Source: Candidatus Woesearchaeota archaeon (GTDB lineage: Archaea; Nanobdellota; Nanobdellia; Pacearchaeales; GW2011-AR1). From it: a DNA stretch of 52,917 bases. Below the pieces are notes generated by a model. The model was not told where the DNA came from, searched no databases, and worked only from the letters and a program-made list of their open reading frames with translations. Where the stretch lies: assembly GCA_964494915.1 (NCBI GenBank), contig CAZBTP010000002.1:1-52917 (forward strand), written 5' to 3'. Below are positions 44,702-52,862 of the stretch, in pieces; the stretch's first letter is position 1, and the number at the start of each line of letters is the position of its first letter. A program made the position numbers and the translations under genes.

Positions 44702-45960
44702 TTTTTATACCTCCATACAACTTTTTTCCCGAATAAAACATAAAATGTCGACATTATCCACCAAAAAGCGAAGAAGAATGAATAAAGGACTATAAAAAGT
44801 ATAAAATTAAGGCGAAGACTTTCTTTGAATCCAACCTCTCTTCTTGAGAAAGACAAATAAAACCAGAGTAAACATAGGAATAGCAAACTCATTAAGAATA
44901 TCTTATGACTAAATGCTCTTATAAAAAATGTTTCAATAACAATTTTGTTAAACTCAATTATGTCTTCAAATTGAAAGTTGACGGAATATAAGGAGATTAT
45001 TTCTTTTTTTATATTATTTAATGTTTTGATAAGTACGGTGATTGTTAGTGCTACAGCAAGCACTACCGTAGATATTGCGACTGGCAAGACTACAACACCC
45101 ATTGCCCCTTTTTTAGGGCCAAATAATTTTTTTCTGTATGTCCATAGGTTTGTTATTAGTCCTGTGTACCATCTTCTTCTTTGCGCTGTTAAATCTTTTA
45201 GATTTGCTGGTCCGAGAGTATAAATTGCAGCACCTGGTGCGTTTTCAATTATGTAGTCGTAAGATTGAATTCTTAAAGCTACTTCTAAATCTTCTGTAAT
45301 ATTGTTTTCGTCAAAACCGCCATGTTTATCAAAAAAAGATTTTCTATATCCAGAAAATGCGCCGGGAGTTATATGAATTGCATTCATTGTAGCGAAACTC
45401 TTTCTTAAAAAAACTCCCATGTAATATTCTATATGCTGAACTCTTTGCCATATTGTTTTTGGTTTGAAAACACCCATAGCAGGAGTTACTGCCATTGTAT
45501 ATTTATTGGAAAAAAGTTTGGTCATTTTTCTTAGTGCATCTGAAGAAACAAAAGTGTCTGCGTCCATTGTAAAAATTAATTCGCCAGAGACTTTTTTCAG
45601 ACCCAGATTAAGCGCTGTTCCTTTTCCTCCATTTTTCTTCGTGAAAACTCTTACTTTAGGAAATGAATTTGATTCAAATTTTTTTGCTAGAGAATATGTT
45701 TTGTCAGCACTTCCGTCGTCAATTACAATTATTTCATAATTTTTTTGTGGGTAGTCGAGACTTAGAGCCGACTTTATTGTTTTTGCTATACTTTCTTCTT
45801 CATTAAAGGCAGGAATTATTATACTGACTTTGTAATTTGTATTTTCTTCAGGTTCTTTTTTATTTTTATAGAAGCTTAATAAATTTATCATGTAAAATGA
45901 AGCAGCAAAAAGTCCGATGTAGCCTAGAGTATAGGCCAATATCTCATAAAGACCCGTCAT
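44698..45960 (-). CDS. Processive family-2 glycosyltransferase, BcsA/PgaC-like
   Basis: IVIDDGSADKT, TMDADTF, ITEDLEVALR (TED motif) and TAQRRRWYTG (QxxRW), with TM spans at both ends. Confidence 0.75.
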   Translation of the reverse strand: MTGLYEILAYTLGYIGLFAASFYMINLLSFYKNKKEPEENTNYKVSIIIPAFNEEESIAKTIKSALSLDYPQKNYEIIVIDDGSADKTYSLAKKFESNSFPKVRVFTKKNGGKGTALNLGLKKVSGELIFTMDADTFVSSDALRKMTKLFSNKYTMAVTPAMGVFKPKTIWQRVQHIEYYMGVFLRKSFATMNAIHITPGAFSGYRKSFFDKHGGFDENNITEDLEVALRIQSYDYIIENAPGAAIYTLGPANLKDLTAQRRRWYTGLITNLWTYRKKLFGPKKGAMGVVVLPVAISTVVLAVALTITVLIKTLNNIKKEIISLYSVNFQFEDIIEFNKIVIETFFIRAFSHKIFLMSLLFLCLLWFYLSFSRREVGFKESLRLNFILFIVLYSFFFAFWWIMSTFYVLFGKKVVWRYKK

Positions 45961-46060
45961 CTTCTATTTTTTCTCCCTTGTTCATGTTGAAGTAATCGTG
46001 AAATTGTTCGGTCAGTGTAAGTTCTATAGTGTGACTGATTTTTTCGGAAATGTGTCCAAA
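45944..46060 (-). pseudogene. Divergent fragment homologous to the 3' end of scpB, inverted relative to the resident scpB
   Basis: ..FGHISEKISHTIELTLTEQFHDYFNMNKGEKIEDDGSL* aligns with the resident ScpB C-terminus ..KKKMGHTAELTLSDNFHDYFHLTAGEENDGAQFH*. Nucleotide similarity is about 70% by eye. No upstream ScpB sequence is present. Confidence 0.5.
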
Positions 46061-46170
46061 AGGCATTGATCTGTATAGAAATTGACCAATATAAAGATTA
46101 TGTAGAACTATAGAGAACTTTACAAAACTCCTCAGAAAGCTATAGCACATCAACTAAGTTCTTCGGTGTG

Positions 46171-46420
46171 CTATCGTAACAAATTTTCTTTACAACCTCG
46201 CGCGGAATTTTTCTGATAAAATTCAATAACTCCCTTAGCCATCTCCTTTACACTTTTGAAAACTTTGTTGTTCAGAAATTTCTTCCGGAGGTAATTCCAG
46301 AAATTTCCTTTCGGATTCAAGTCTGGCGAATATTCTGGGAGAGATATTCGATTCAATCTTGGATTATTACCAACAAACCTTCGAGAATACGAAGTGAACG
46401 ATTACCACAATACATAAAAA
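46171..46420 (-). mobile_element. IS630/Tc1-mariner family transposase remnant (C-terminal part, upstream region frameshifted)
   Basis: LPEYSPDLNPKGNFWNYLRKKFLNNKVFKSVKEMAKGV matches the IS630 DDE C-terminal block (LPPYSPELNP.E..W..LK). Upstream frames contain stops (..LLVIIQD* in another frame). No terminal inverted repeats were identified. Confidence 0.6.
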
Positions 46421-46446
46421 CTCTTTCGTATTGGAAGAAAAAGAGC

Positions 46447-46977
46447 ATGGACGAACTAATTCAAGATCTTTCTGATGAGCATGTTGTTGAGGCGATAGAA
46501 GATGGGAGGATTGTTCGGGTTTCTGAGCTGTATGCAAAACGTGAGGGTTTACCGATTATACGGAGGTCTCGTGCAGACTTCGTACGAGAACAGATTAGTT
46601 CGCCCTCTGTTGAGGATCGTTCTCTTCAGAAATCACAAGAGCAGGACAAGAACCTCTCGCGACATTCTTTTGTTGAATCTTTACAGAAACCGAAGGATTG
46701 GAAAGAGAATCAGGTTATGTCTGAGCTTGTTGATAACTTTGGTTGGCGTGTTTCAATTGGACGAAAACATAGGGGGATAACAAGAAAACAACTTGCGAAA
46801 ATGATTAATGAATCTGAGGAGCATATTAAAATTTTCGAGTATGGACGTCTGCCTTCCTATGATTTTGTTCTTATTAATAAACTTCAGGATGCTTTGGGCA
46901 TTAGTCTTCGGAGGGATGGGAAGAATTTTACAAAACCAATAAAGGACCTTTTATCTGTTTCTGGGGCATCTTCATAA
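46447..46977 (+). CDS. HTH (XRE-type) domain protein
   Basis: C-terminal RKHRGITRKQLAKMINESEEHIKIFEYGRLPSYDFVLINKLQDALGISL. No N-terminal zinc ribbon. Confidence 0.55.
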   Translation: MDELIQDLSDEHVVEAIEDGRIVRVSELYAKREGLPIIRRSRADFVREQISSPSVEDRSLQKSQEQDKNLSRHSFVESLQKPKDWKENQVMSELVDNFGWRVSIGRKHRGITRKQLAKMINESEEHIKIFEYGRLPSYDFVLINKLQDALGISLRRDGKNFTKPIKDLLSVSGASS

Positions 46978-48678
46978 TCTTTTCTGTTTCATCTTCTTCA
47001 CTTCTTTTTCAATCTCTTCTAACGAATTAATATCTCGCACCGAGCGATCGGGGCGGTAGTGCGTTATTCTTGGAAATCTGAGCGCATATCCTGATGAATA
47101 ACTCGGGCTTTTTTGTATATTTTGGTAGGTTACTGATACAACAACCTTTGGTGTCACGCGTACTTCATTTCCTTTTTCTTCCTGTATTAATTTTTTTAGT
47201 AGGTGTGTGATTTCTTCGTAGGATGTTCCTTCTGTCTCTTTTTCTTTTAAGCCTGATGAGACTTTACCGACTTCGAGAAATTTTTCACCATCACGGCAGG
47301 CTACTATGTAACTTGTGAGCCATCCACCGCGTTTTCCAGATCCATACTCAGCACCTACGATCACGAGATCTAGATCTCGAACACTTGGCTTTAATTTTAC
47401 CATATAACCAACGTGTCTTCCTTGATGGTAGGGGGAATCTAATCTCTTTATCATAATTCCTTCTTCTCCTCCCTTTAACGCTTCCTTATAAAACTGTTCG
47501 GCTTCTTTTATATCACCTGTTACAATCTGTTTTGCTAACTGAAATGCCCATTGTTCTGAGTGTATGATCTTTTCTAATACCTTACGCCGTTTAGTAAATG
47601 GCACCTTCATGTAACTCTTTCCATTGTAGTAGAGTACATCAAAGACATTTACTTCAACAGGTAGTTCTTTCATCAGTTTATCGATATCGTATTTTCTTTT
47701 TATTCGCTGACTTATTGCTTCAAAGGGCATGTATCTCTTTTCCTTTCTGTTATATCCTACTACTTCTGAATCGAGGATGAAACTCTCTCCTTTCACGTGT
47801 TTTTTTATGGCCTGAACAACATCGGGAAATTGTTTTGTTACATTCTCCAATTTACGCGTGAATAAGAGGTATTCATGACCTTTTTTATGAAGCAACATCC
47901 GGAAGCCGTCATACTTATTTTCAAGTGCAGCGGGTTTTCCACAAATACGGAACGCTTCTTCGAGGTTATCAGCTTTTACCGCTAACATTGTGTTCAGCGG
48001 TTTTCCGGGTACAATATATATCTGTTGTAATGCTGTTTTTCCTTTTCGCGCAGCTGCAAATACAATCGCGAGATCGTTTGATAGATCATATGCATTTCCA
48101 ACGAGTTGAATAGCGTCTTCTTTTTTTTCGAAGAAGGCTTCAGCAAGTGCATCTCGTACGAGTGCGTCAGCAATACCAATGCGTAAATCTTGTGCGAGTG
48201 TTCTTACAATATACTTTGCTTCTCCTGCAGAAGCATCGCTTAATAATTCAGATACAAGATCGATTTTTTTTCCTATCGTGCCTTTTCCTTCAATTCCTAC
48301 AAGTTTTTGTAGATTTGAAAATACTTTTTTAACACTTAACTGTCCTGTAAATAGTCGTGATTGTTTCTTTTTATTGACGAGTAACGCTGCAATCTCTCCG
48401 AGATCACCGATTTTTCGAAAGTGTTCATGAATCTCATGTTCGGTAATAGTATATGCAACACTCAATATTTTTATTGTTATTTGCCGTGAAATCCCATACT
48501 CGCGAGGATCATAATCAGGAAAGACTTTTCCCTTCAACAAATAAATCCATTCGTCTTCACCCTGTTTTGCCAGTATTTTTAAAAATGATGCGAGGATCGT
48601 CGTTTTCTCTAATTTTCCTGGTGTTGCATAGAGTTTATCGTATACTTCTACAAAAGAAGTGTACTTCATCTCGGTCAT
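46972..48678 (-). CDS. lig: ATP-dependent DNA ligase
   Basis: Adenylation motif I ENKYDGFR, plus EGIMIK, DLVIVGAEYGSGKRGG and an OB-fold C-terminus. At 568 aa it is typical of archaeal Lig. Confidence 0.9.
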   Translation of the reverse strand: MTEMKYTSFVEVYDKLYATPGKLEKTTILASFLKILAKQGEDEWIYLLKGKVFPDYDPREYGISRQITIKILSVAYTITEHEIHEHFRKIGDLGEIAALLVNKKKQSRLFTGQLSVKKVFSNLQKLVGIEGKGTIGKKIDLVSELLSDASAGEAKYIVRTLAQDLRIGIADALVRDALAEAFFEKKEDAIQLVGNAYDLSNDLAIVFAAARKGKTALQQIYIVPGKPLNTMLAVKADNLEEAFRICGKPAALENKYDGFRMLLHKKGHEYLLFTRKLENVTKQFPDVVQAIKKHVKGESFILDSEVVGYNRKEKRYMPFEAISQRIKRKYDIDKLMKELPVEVNVFDVLYYNGKSYMKVPFTKRRKVLEKIIHSEQWAFQLAKQIVTGDIKEAEQFYKEALKGGEEGIMIKRLDSPYHQGRHVGYMVKLKPSVRDLDLVIVGAEYGSGKRGGWLTSYIVACRDGEKFLEVGKVSSGLKEKETEGTSYEEITHLLKKLIQEEKGNEVRVTPKVVVSVTYQNIQKSPSYSSGYALRFPRITHYRPDRSVRDINSLEEIEKEVKKMKQKRL

Positions 48679-48693
48679 GTAAGAAAAACGTGC

Positions 48694-48818
48694 TTTTCCT
48701 TTTTAACTCTTGTGACATGCCTTCCATTTGTTTTCAGGTTAGAGGAAATGAGTTTTCTAATAGGAACGTATTTACGATAAAAATTGCTCGCCAGAAACGT
48801 TCAGATAATGTTATATCT
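48694..48818. repeat. ~125-nt direct repeat, copy 1
   Basis: ttttcctttttaactcttgtgacatgccttccatttgttttcaggttagaggaaatgagttttctaataggaacgtatttacgataaaaattgctcgccagaaacgttcagataatgttatatct matches 49341-49465 at about 90% (offset 647). Confidence 0.75.
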
Positions 48819-48849
48819 AACGATCTAGAAATTAGGATGTAAAGAATGT

Positions 48850-49239
48850 TTATAGAGATTCTAAAAATGCTTTGTAAATATCTTCAGATGGTTTAATTCC
48901 GGTTACTTCCTGCAAGCTTCTTAAATCGTCGAACCGTCCTTCTCTGACATAAATTGCATATCCTTCTTGAACAACATCTTCAGATAATTCTGGTTCAATT
49001 CCTGTCATTTTCTGCAAGCTTCTTAAACAGTGGAACCTTTCTTCTCTGACATAAATTGCATATCCCCATTGAACAACATCTTCAGATGGTTCAATTCCTG
49101 TTACTTCCTGCAAGCTTCTTAAATGGTCTAACCGTCCTCTTCCGACATAAGTTGCATATCTTTTTTGGATTTTTCTTTCTACTACTGCTCTATCATACCC
49201 CATTAATTCAGCAACATCCAATATATCTTCTAAGACCAT
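48850..49239 (-). CDS. Protein built from three ~33-aa tandem repeats
   Basis: Repeat unit YA.YV.RGR.D.LRSLQE.TGI.PSEDVVQ.G appears three times, giving about 99-nt periodicity in the DNA at roughly 48880-49180. No family recognised. Confidence 0.45.
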   Translation of the reverse strand: MVLEDILDVAELMGYDRAVVERKIQKRYATYVGRGRLDHLRSLQEVTGIEPSEDVVQWGYAIYVREERFHCLRSLQKMTGIEPELSEDVVQEGYAIYVREGRFDDLRSLQEVTGIKPSEDIYKAFLESL

Positions 49240-49340
49240 TTTAATCTACTCACAAGCAATATAAACTAAACTTTATAAAACTTTCGGTCATTAACTACTA
49301 AGAAGTTACTACGATAAAAAGGGCGGGCACTTCCTAAAAT

Positions 49341-49465
49341 TTTTCCTTTTTAATTGTTGTGACATACCTTCCATTTGTTCTCAGGTTAGAGGAAACGAGT
49401 TTTCTAATAGGAACGTATTTACGATAAAAATTACTCGCCAGAAACGTTTAAATAATGTTATATCT
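49341..49465. repeat. ~125-nt direct repeat, copy 2
   Basis: Matches 48694-48818. This copy keeps an intact tttaaata box about 25 nt upstream of ATG 49477. In copy 1 the box reads ttcagata. Confidence 0.75.
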
Positions 49466-49476
49466 GATGATATAAC

Positions 49477-49785
49477 ATGCATCAAGCGCAAGGAAATAAG
49501 GAATTGAAAGGAATATTGAGATTTCCTAGATTAGACACTGTTTTAATGGTTGAGGAATTTATTAGGGAACATGACGGCGAATACAAAAAAAGAGCATTGT
49601 GGGAAAATCTCCCAAAAAGAACAATGTATCAAACATTTTGCGTGATTATTGATTATTTGCTTTATTCTAGAAAGATTTCTATAGATGCTGAAGGAAAAAT
49701 TGGATGGATTTACTATCCTGAAAAAAAATCAGATATAGAAAAATATAAACATTTATTCTGGAGGAAAAATGGGACTGCCATCTAG
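49477..49785 (+). CDS. Hypothetical small protein, possible antitoxin by position
   Basis: 102-aa ORF overlapping the start of the degraded toxin-like gene by 17 nt. Possible wHTH. The family was not recognised. Confidence 0.4.
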   Translation: MHQAQGNKELKGILRFPRLDTVLMVEEFIREHDGEYKKRALWENLPKRTMYQTFCVIIDYLLYSRKISIDAEGKIGWIYYPEKKSDIEKYKHLFWRKNGTAI

Positions 49786-49998
49786 AATTAGATTTTCTGA
49801 TGAAAGAGTTCAGAAAGCTTTTGAAGATACAGAAAGGAATGCTTTTTGTGGGATACAAGTTCCTAGAAGGTTAATTCCAAAAGAGTATAACGTAACTAAC
49901 GTATAGAAATATGATCTGAGAACCAACAAATTTATGTTGTTTCTATAGTTCTTGAATGGGTAACACATAAAGAATATGAAAGAAGATTCAAATGGTAG
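49769..49998 (+). pseudogene. Degraded RelE/ParE-superfamily-like toxin (in-frame TAG plus frameshift)
   Basis: ATG 49769 reads MGLPSRIRFSDERVQKAFEDTERNAFCGIQVPRRLIPKEYNVTNV*KYDLRTNKF. A shifted frame then ends ..VSIVLEWVTHKEYERRFKW*. These pieces match my recollection of a small archaeal toxin consensus (..IPKEY...N.WKYDL...R..Y......LEW..HKEYERRF). The TAG sits where Trp (TGG) is expected. The family name is tentative. Confidence 0.5.
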
Positions 49999-50075
49999 TA
50001 TCGTGCTACAAAGAGAGGATAGTATCTCGTTAGAATGCTTTTCAATCATTTTACAATTGGTAAATTTGGTTTGAT

Positions 50076-50477
50076 TTATTTCCTTAGATCAATTACTTTA
50101 AACCCAAACTTTTCATATATTCTATCAGCGCTAATTATCTCACTTTCTTCAGAAAAAGCTACTTCACTTTCTTTAGCGAACGCCATAAGCAAAGAATCAA
50201 AGATAGTTGCTCCCCTTTCAGTATAGTCAGCGGCCTTAAAGAATAAATCCCACTTAATAAAATTTAATCCGGCGATTCTAGATATTTGAAGCAGTGTTTC
50301 TTTTAGGGGGATATTTTCTCTGATACAGACAACCATCAACTCCACGACCGTAAATGGAGAAACGTAAATAGATTTCTTATTTTCTTCATATATTCTTTTC
50401 GCCTTTTCTTTAAGCCAATCGGTATCTTTTAATAAGGCTAAGAAAAAATCAGAATCTGCGTATTTTTTTGAATGCAT
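50076..50477 (-). CDS. vapC: PIN-domain toxin
   Basis: ADSDFFLALL, VVEL, FDSLL and ISAD provide the four acidic PIN positions. It overlaps the upstream AbrB-type antitoxin gene. Confidence 0.75.
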   Translation of the reverse strand: MHSKKYADSDFFLALLKDTDWLKEKAKRIYEENKKSIYVSPFTVVELMVVCIRENIPLKETLLQISRIAGLNFIKWDLFFKAADYTERGATIFDSLLMAFAKESEVAFSEESEIISADRIYEKFGFKVIDLRK

Positions 50478-50709
50478 GCTTTTCTATCTCCTTTCTAGCT
50501 TCCTTCTTTAGAGTCTCAATCGATTTTCTTTTTAGTTTTTCTTTTCCAAGCTTACTTAAAGCTTCGATTGGATCATCATCGATTGGTTCGATGACAAGAG
50601 ATTTGTCGTAGACTCTTAATACTAAAGTCTTATTAAACTGCAAAATTTTCCTTACGTCTTCAGGAATGTATAATCTTCCTTGTTTGTCAAAAGATACTAT
50701 TTTTTCCAT
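50449..50709 (-). CDS. vapB: AbrB/SpoVT-type antitoxin
   Basis: MEKIVSFDKQGRLYIPEDVRKILQFNKTLVLRVYDKSLVIEPI is a swapped-hairpin AbrB-like N-terminus. Confidence 0.75.
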   Translation of the reverse strand: MEKIVSFDKQGRLYIPEDVRKILQFNKTLVLRVYDKSLVIEPIDDDPIEALSKLGKEKLKRKSIETLKKEARKEIEKHAFKKIRRF

Positions 50710-50804
50710 AAATATCTAATATTTCCATTGTTTATAAACTTTTCCATTGAAAATCGCGTGTTCACGATGGTAAGATTTATGTATGACTATAGTTATAGTT
50801 AAAT

Positions 50805-51005
50805 ATGGAAACAACAATTGCTATTAAGGAAAGCACTGCACAAATGCTTGCTTACATAAAGAAAAGGATGAATGCAAAGAGTATCGATGAAGTTATCGTT
50901 GAGGTAGTTAGAAAGGCCGAGAATCTCCCTAAATCAAGATTCGGTTCTCAGCCGGGCCTAAAATCCTTTAAGAGAGGAGAGAAAGCAAGATTTCATGAGT
51001 TATGA
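50805..51005 (+). CDS. VapB-like antitoxin
   Basis: TIAIKESTAQMLAYIKKRMNAKSIDEVIVEVV resembles the short archaeal antitoxins that precede PIN genes. Confidence 0.5.
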   Translation: METTIAIKESTAQMLAYIKKRMNAKSIDEVIVEVVRKAENLPKSRFGSQPGLKSFKRGEKARFHEL

Positions 51006-51093
51006 ATATATAATTGACTCTTATGCATGGGCTGAGTATTTTAAAGGTTCTCAACAAGGCAAAATTGCCAAGGATTTTATATTGTTAACATAA
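50995..51093 (+). pseudogene. Truncated PIN-domain toxin (N-terminal 32 codons only)
   Basis: An ATG overlapping the antitoxin's 3' end gives MSYEYIIDSYAWAEYFKGSQQGKIAKDFILLT*. IIDS.AW.EYF is a typical VapC N-terminus, but the ORF stops at 51091-51093. Confidence 0.5.
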
Positions 51094-51179
51094 AGCTGCA
51101 AAATATATGTACATCAGAATGACCATAAAGTTTATAAATAAGTACACTCTAATGTACTTAACTAAAATAATGAAAAAAC

Positions 51180-52430
51180 ATGGAAAAAGCCAAATTAGAA
51201 GAATTTAATCATTGGTGGATAAGTGAAAAAGTAGATAAAGATTTAGCTTTGCCTTTTAAAAGAGATATTTATCCAGAGATAGAGAAGCATTTAGATAAAA
51301 GGTTCATATTAGCATTAGTTGGGCTTAGAAGAGTTGGAAAAACCACAATAATGTATCAGCTAATACAGAAATTAATAGAATCAAATATCAAGAAGACAAA
51401 TATTTTATTCTTTTCTTTTGATGAAATTTCAGTAAAATTAAGCGAGGTTTTAGAGACATATAAAGAGATTCATTCCAAAGACATTAGAGCAGAGAAAATT
51501 TATATCTTCTTAGATGAAATTCAAAAACGCGATGGATGGGAAAATGAGTTAAAAAAATACTATGATCTCTACCCTAAACTAAAGTTTATAATAAGTGGTT
51601 CAGAATCTCTTTTCATAAGAAAAAAAACAAAAGAAACTCTTGCAGGTAGGATTTTTGAATTTACATTAACTCCTTTTACCTTTAGAGAATACCTTAGGTT
51701 TAATAAAGTAGAAGAAAACGAATTTAAATATGAAAAAAAAATTAAGCCTTTTTTTAACAAATTTGCAGAGAGGGGTGGTTTTCCTGAAACATTTTCTTTT
51801 AAAACCGATAAAGACTTTAAAGAGTATATTCTGGCTTTAGTTGTAGATAAAATAGTTTACAAAGATATTCCTAGAATGTTTAACCTTGAAGACCCCTCTT
51901 TTTTAAAGGTTCTCTTAGAATTAATCTCTACAAATCCCGGAATGTATGTTGATTATCAATCTTTAAGCAAACAATTTGGAAAAGATAGAAGGGTAGTAAA
52001 GGATTATATCAATTACCTCAAAGAAAGTTTTTTAATAACTCTTTTAGGCAATTACAGAAAAGGGAATATAACTACTCTAAGAAAGAAAAAAAGAGCATAT
52101 CCAACAGACAATGCTCTAACATACTTATACAAACCAAAGATCGAAGAAGATTTTTTTGGAAGAATGATTGAAACTCTAGCAGTAAATAAACTTAAAGCTT
52201 CATCATTCTGGAAGAATGGCGGAGAGATTGATATCGTTCATGAAAATATTCCTATTGAAGTAAAGTATCAAGAAAAAATTAATTCAGAAGATTTTGAAAC
52301 AATAAAAGAATTTATGAAGAAATTTAATAAGAAAGAAAGTCTCATGTTAACCAAGAATGAAGAAAAAGAGATCAAGTTTGGAGAAGGCATAATAAAGTTA
52401 ATTCCGGTTTGGAAGTGGCTGTTGAGTTAG
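51180..52430 (+). CDS. AAA ATPase with DUF4143-type C-terminal domain (COG1373-like)
   Basis: Walker A LVGLRRVGKTT, Walker B IFLDEIQ and the C-terminal GGEIDIV restriction-endonuclease-like block typical of this family. Confidence 0.8.
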   Translation: MEKAKLEEFNHWWISEKVDKDLALPFKRDIYPEIEKHLDKRFILALVGLRRVGKTTIMYQLIQKLIESNIKKTNILFFSFDEISVKLSEVLETYKEIHSKDIRAEKIYIFLDEIQKRDGWENELKKYYDLYPKLKFIISGSESLFIRKKTKETLAGRIFEFTLTPFTFREYLRFNKVEENEFKYEKKIKPFFNKFAERGGFPETFSFKTDKDFKEYILALVVDKIVYKDIPRMFNLEDPSFLKVLLELISTNPGMYVDYQSLSKQFGKDRRVVKDYINYLKESFLITLLGNYRKGNITTLRKKKRAYPTDNALTYLYKPKIEEDFFGRMIETLAVNKLKASSFWKNGGEIDIVHENIPIEVKYQEKINSEDFETIKEFMKKFNKKESLMLTKNEEKEIKFGEGIIKLIPVWKWLLS

Positions 52431-52553
52431 TTTACTTATATAGGCGATAGTAGAATTGAACTGCTCTATTCGGTGTAAACAATATTATCATTTCTTTTCC
52501 TAAATTAGATAGCGAGAATAAATTTACATGTAATGTCTTATCAAGAAATTATT

Positions 52554-52856
52554 TTACATCTGTGCGACAAAATCATCTTGCCAATCTGCTAGGCCAGATA
52601 AACCTTTGCCTCTTAGATAAGCACTATCTCTCTCTAATAGACTTTTCCATTCTAGCAAGAGATCTGATCTATTTGCTTTATATCTATTCAGAGTGTTACC
52701 AATTTCTCTACCTGTTTGCGGATCATAGGCAAATCTGACATCAGGGGTTGATAAAAAAACAACATTCTGTCCCTTAAAGCCATGATTATATATGTGTTCA
52801 TAAAATAGTTCTTTGGTAGGAAATGTTCGTAGGATAAAATCCCCTCCATTTAGCAT
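52554..52856 (-). CDS. Hypothetical protein
   Basis: 100-aa ORF whose ATG lies 6 nt from the 55-nt repeat. On the minus strand the repeat supplies tttatagattatata just upstream. No family recognised. Confidence 0.35.
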   Translation of the reverse strand: MLNGGDFILRTFPTKELFYEHIYNHGFKGQNVVFLSTPDVRFAYDPQTGREIGNTLNRYKANRSDLLLEWKSLLERDSAYLRGKGLSGLADWQDDFVAQM

Positions 52857-52862
52857 AACTTG

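Noticed and set aside
46447-46977. Multiprotein bridging factor 1 (aMBF1).
   Set aside because: It has an XRE-type HTH at the C-terminus, but the N-terminal zinc ribbon typical of archaeal MBF1 is absent. Kept as a generic HTH protein.
49810-50049. 79-aa minus-strand ORF.
   Set aside because: It overlaps the + strand remnants of a toxin gene whose pieces (IPKEYNVTNV, KYDL, LEWVTHKEYERRFKW) are recognisable, while the minus-strand translation has no features.
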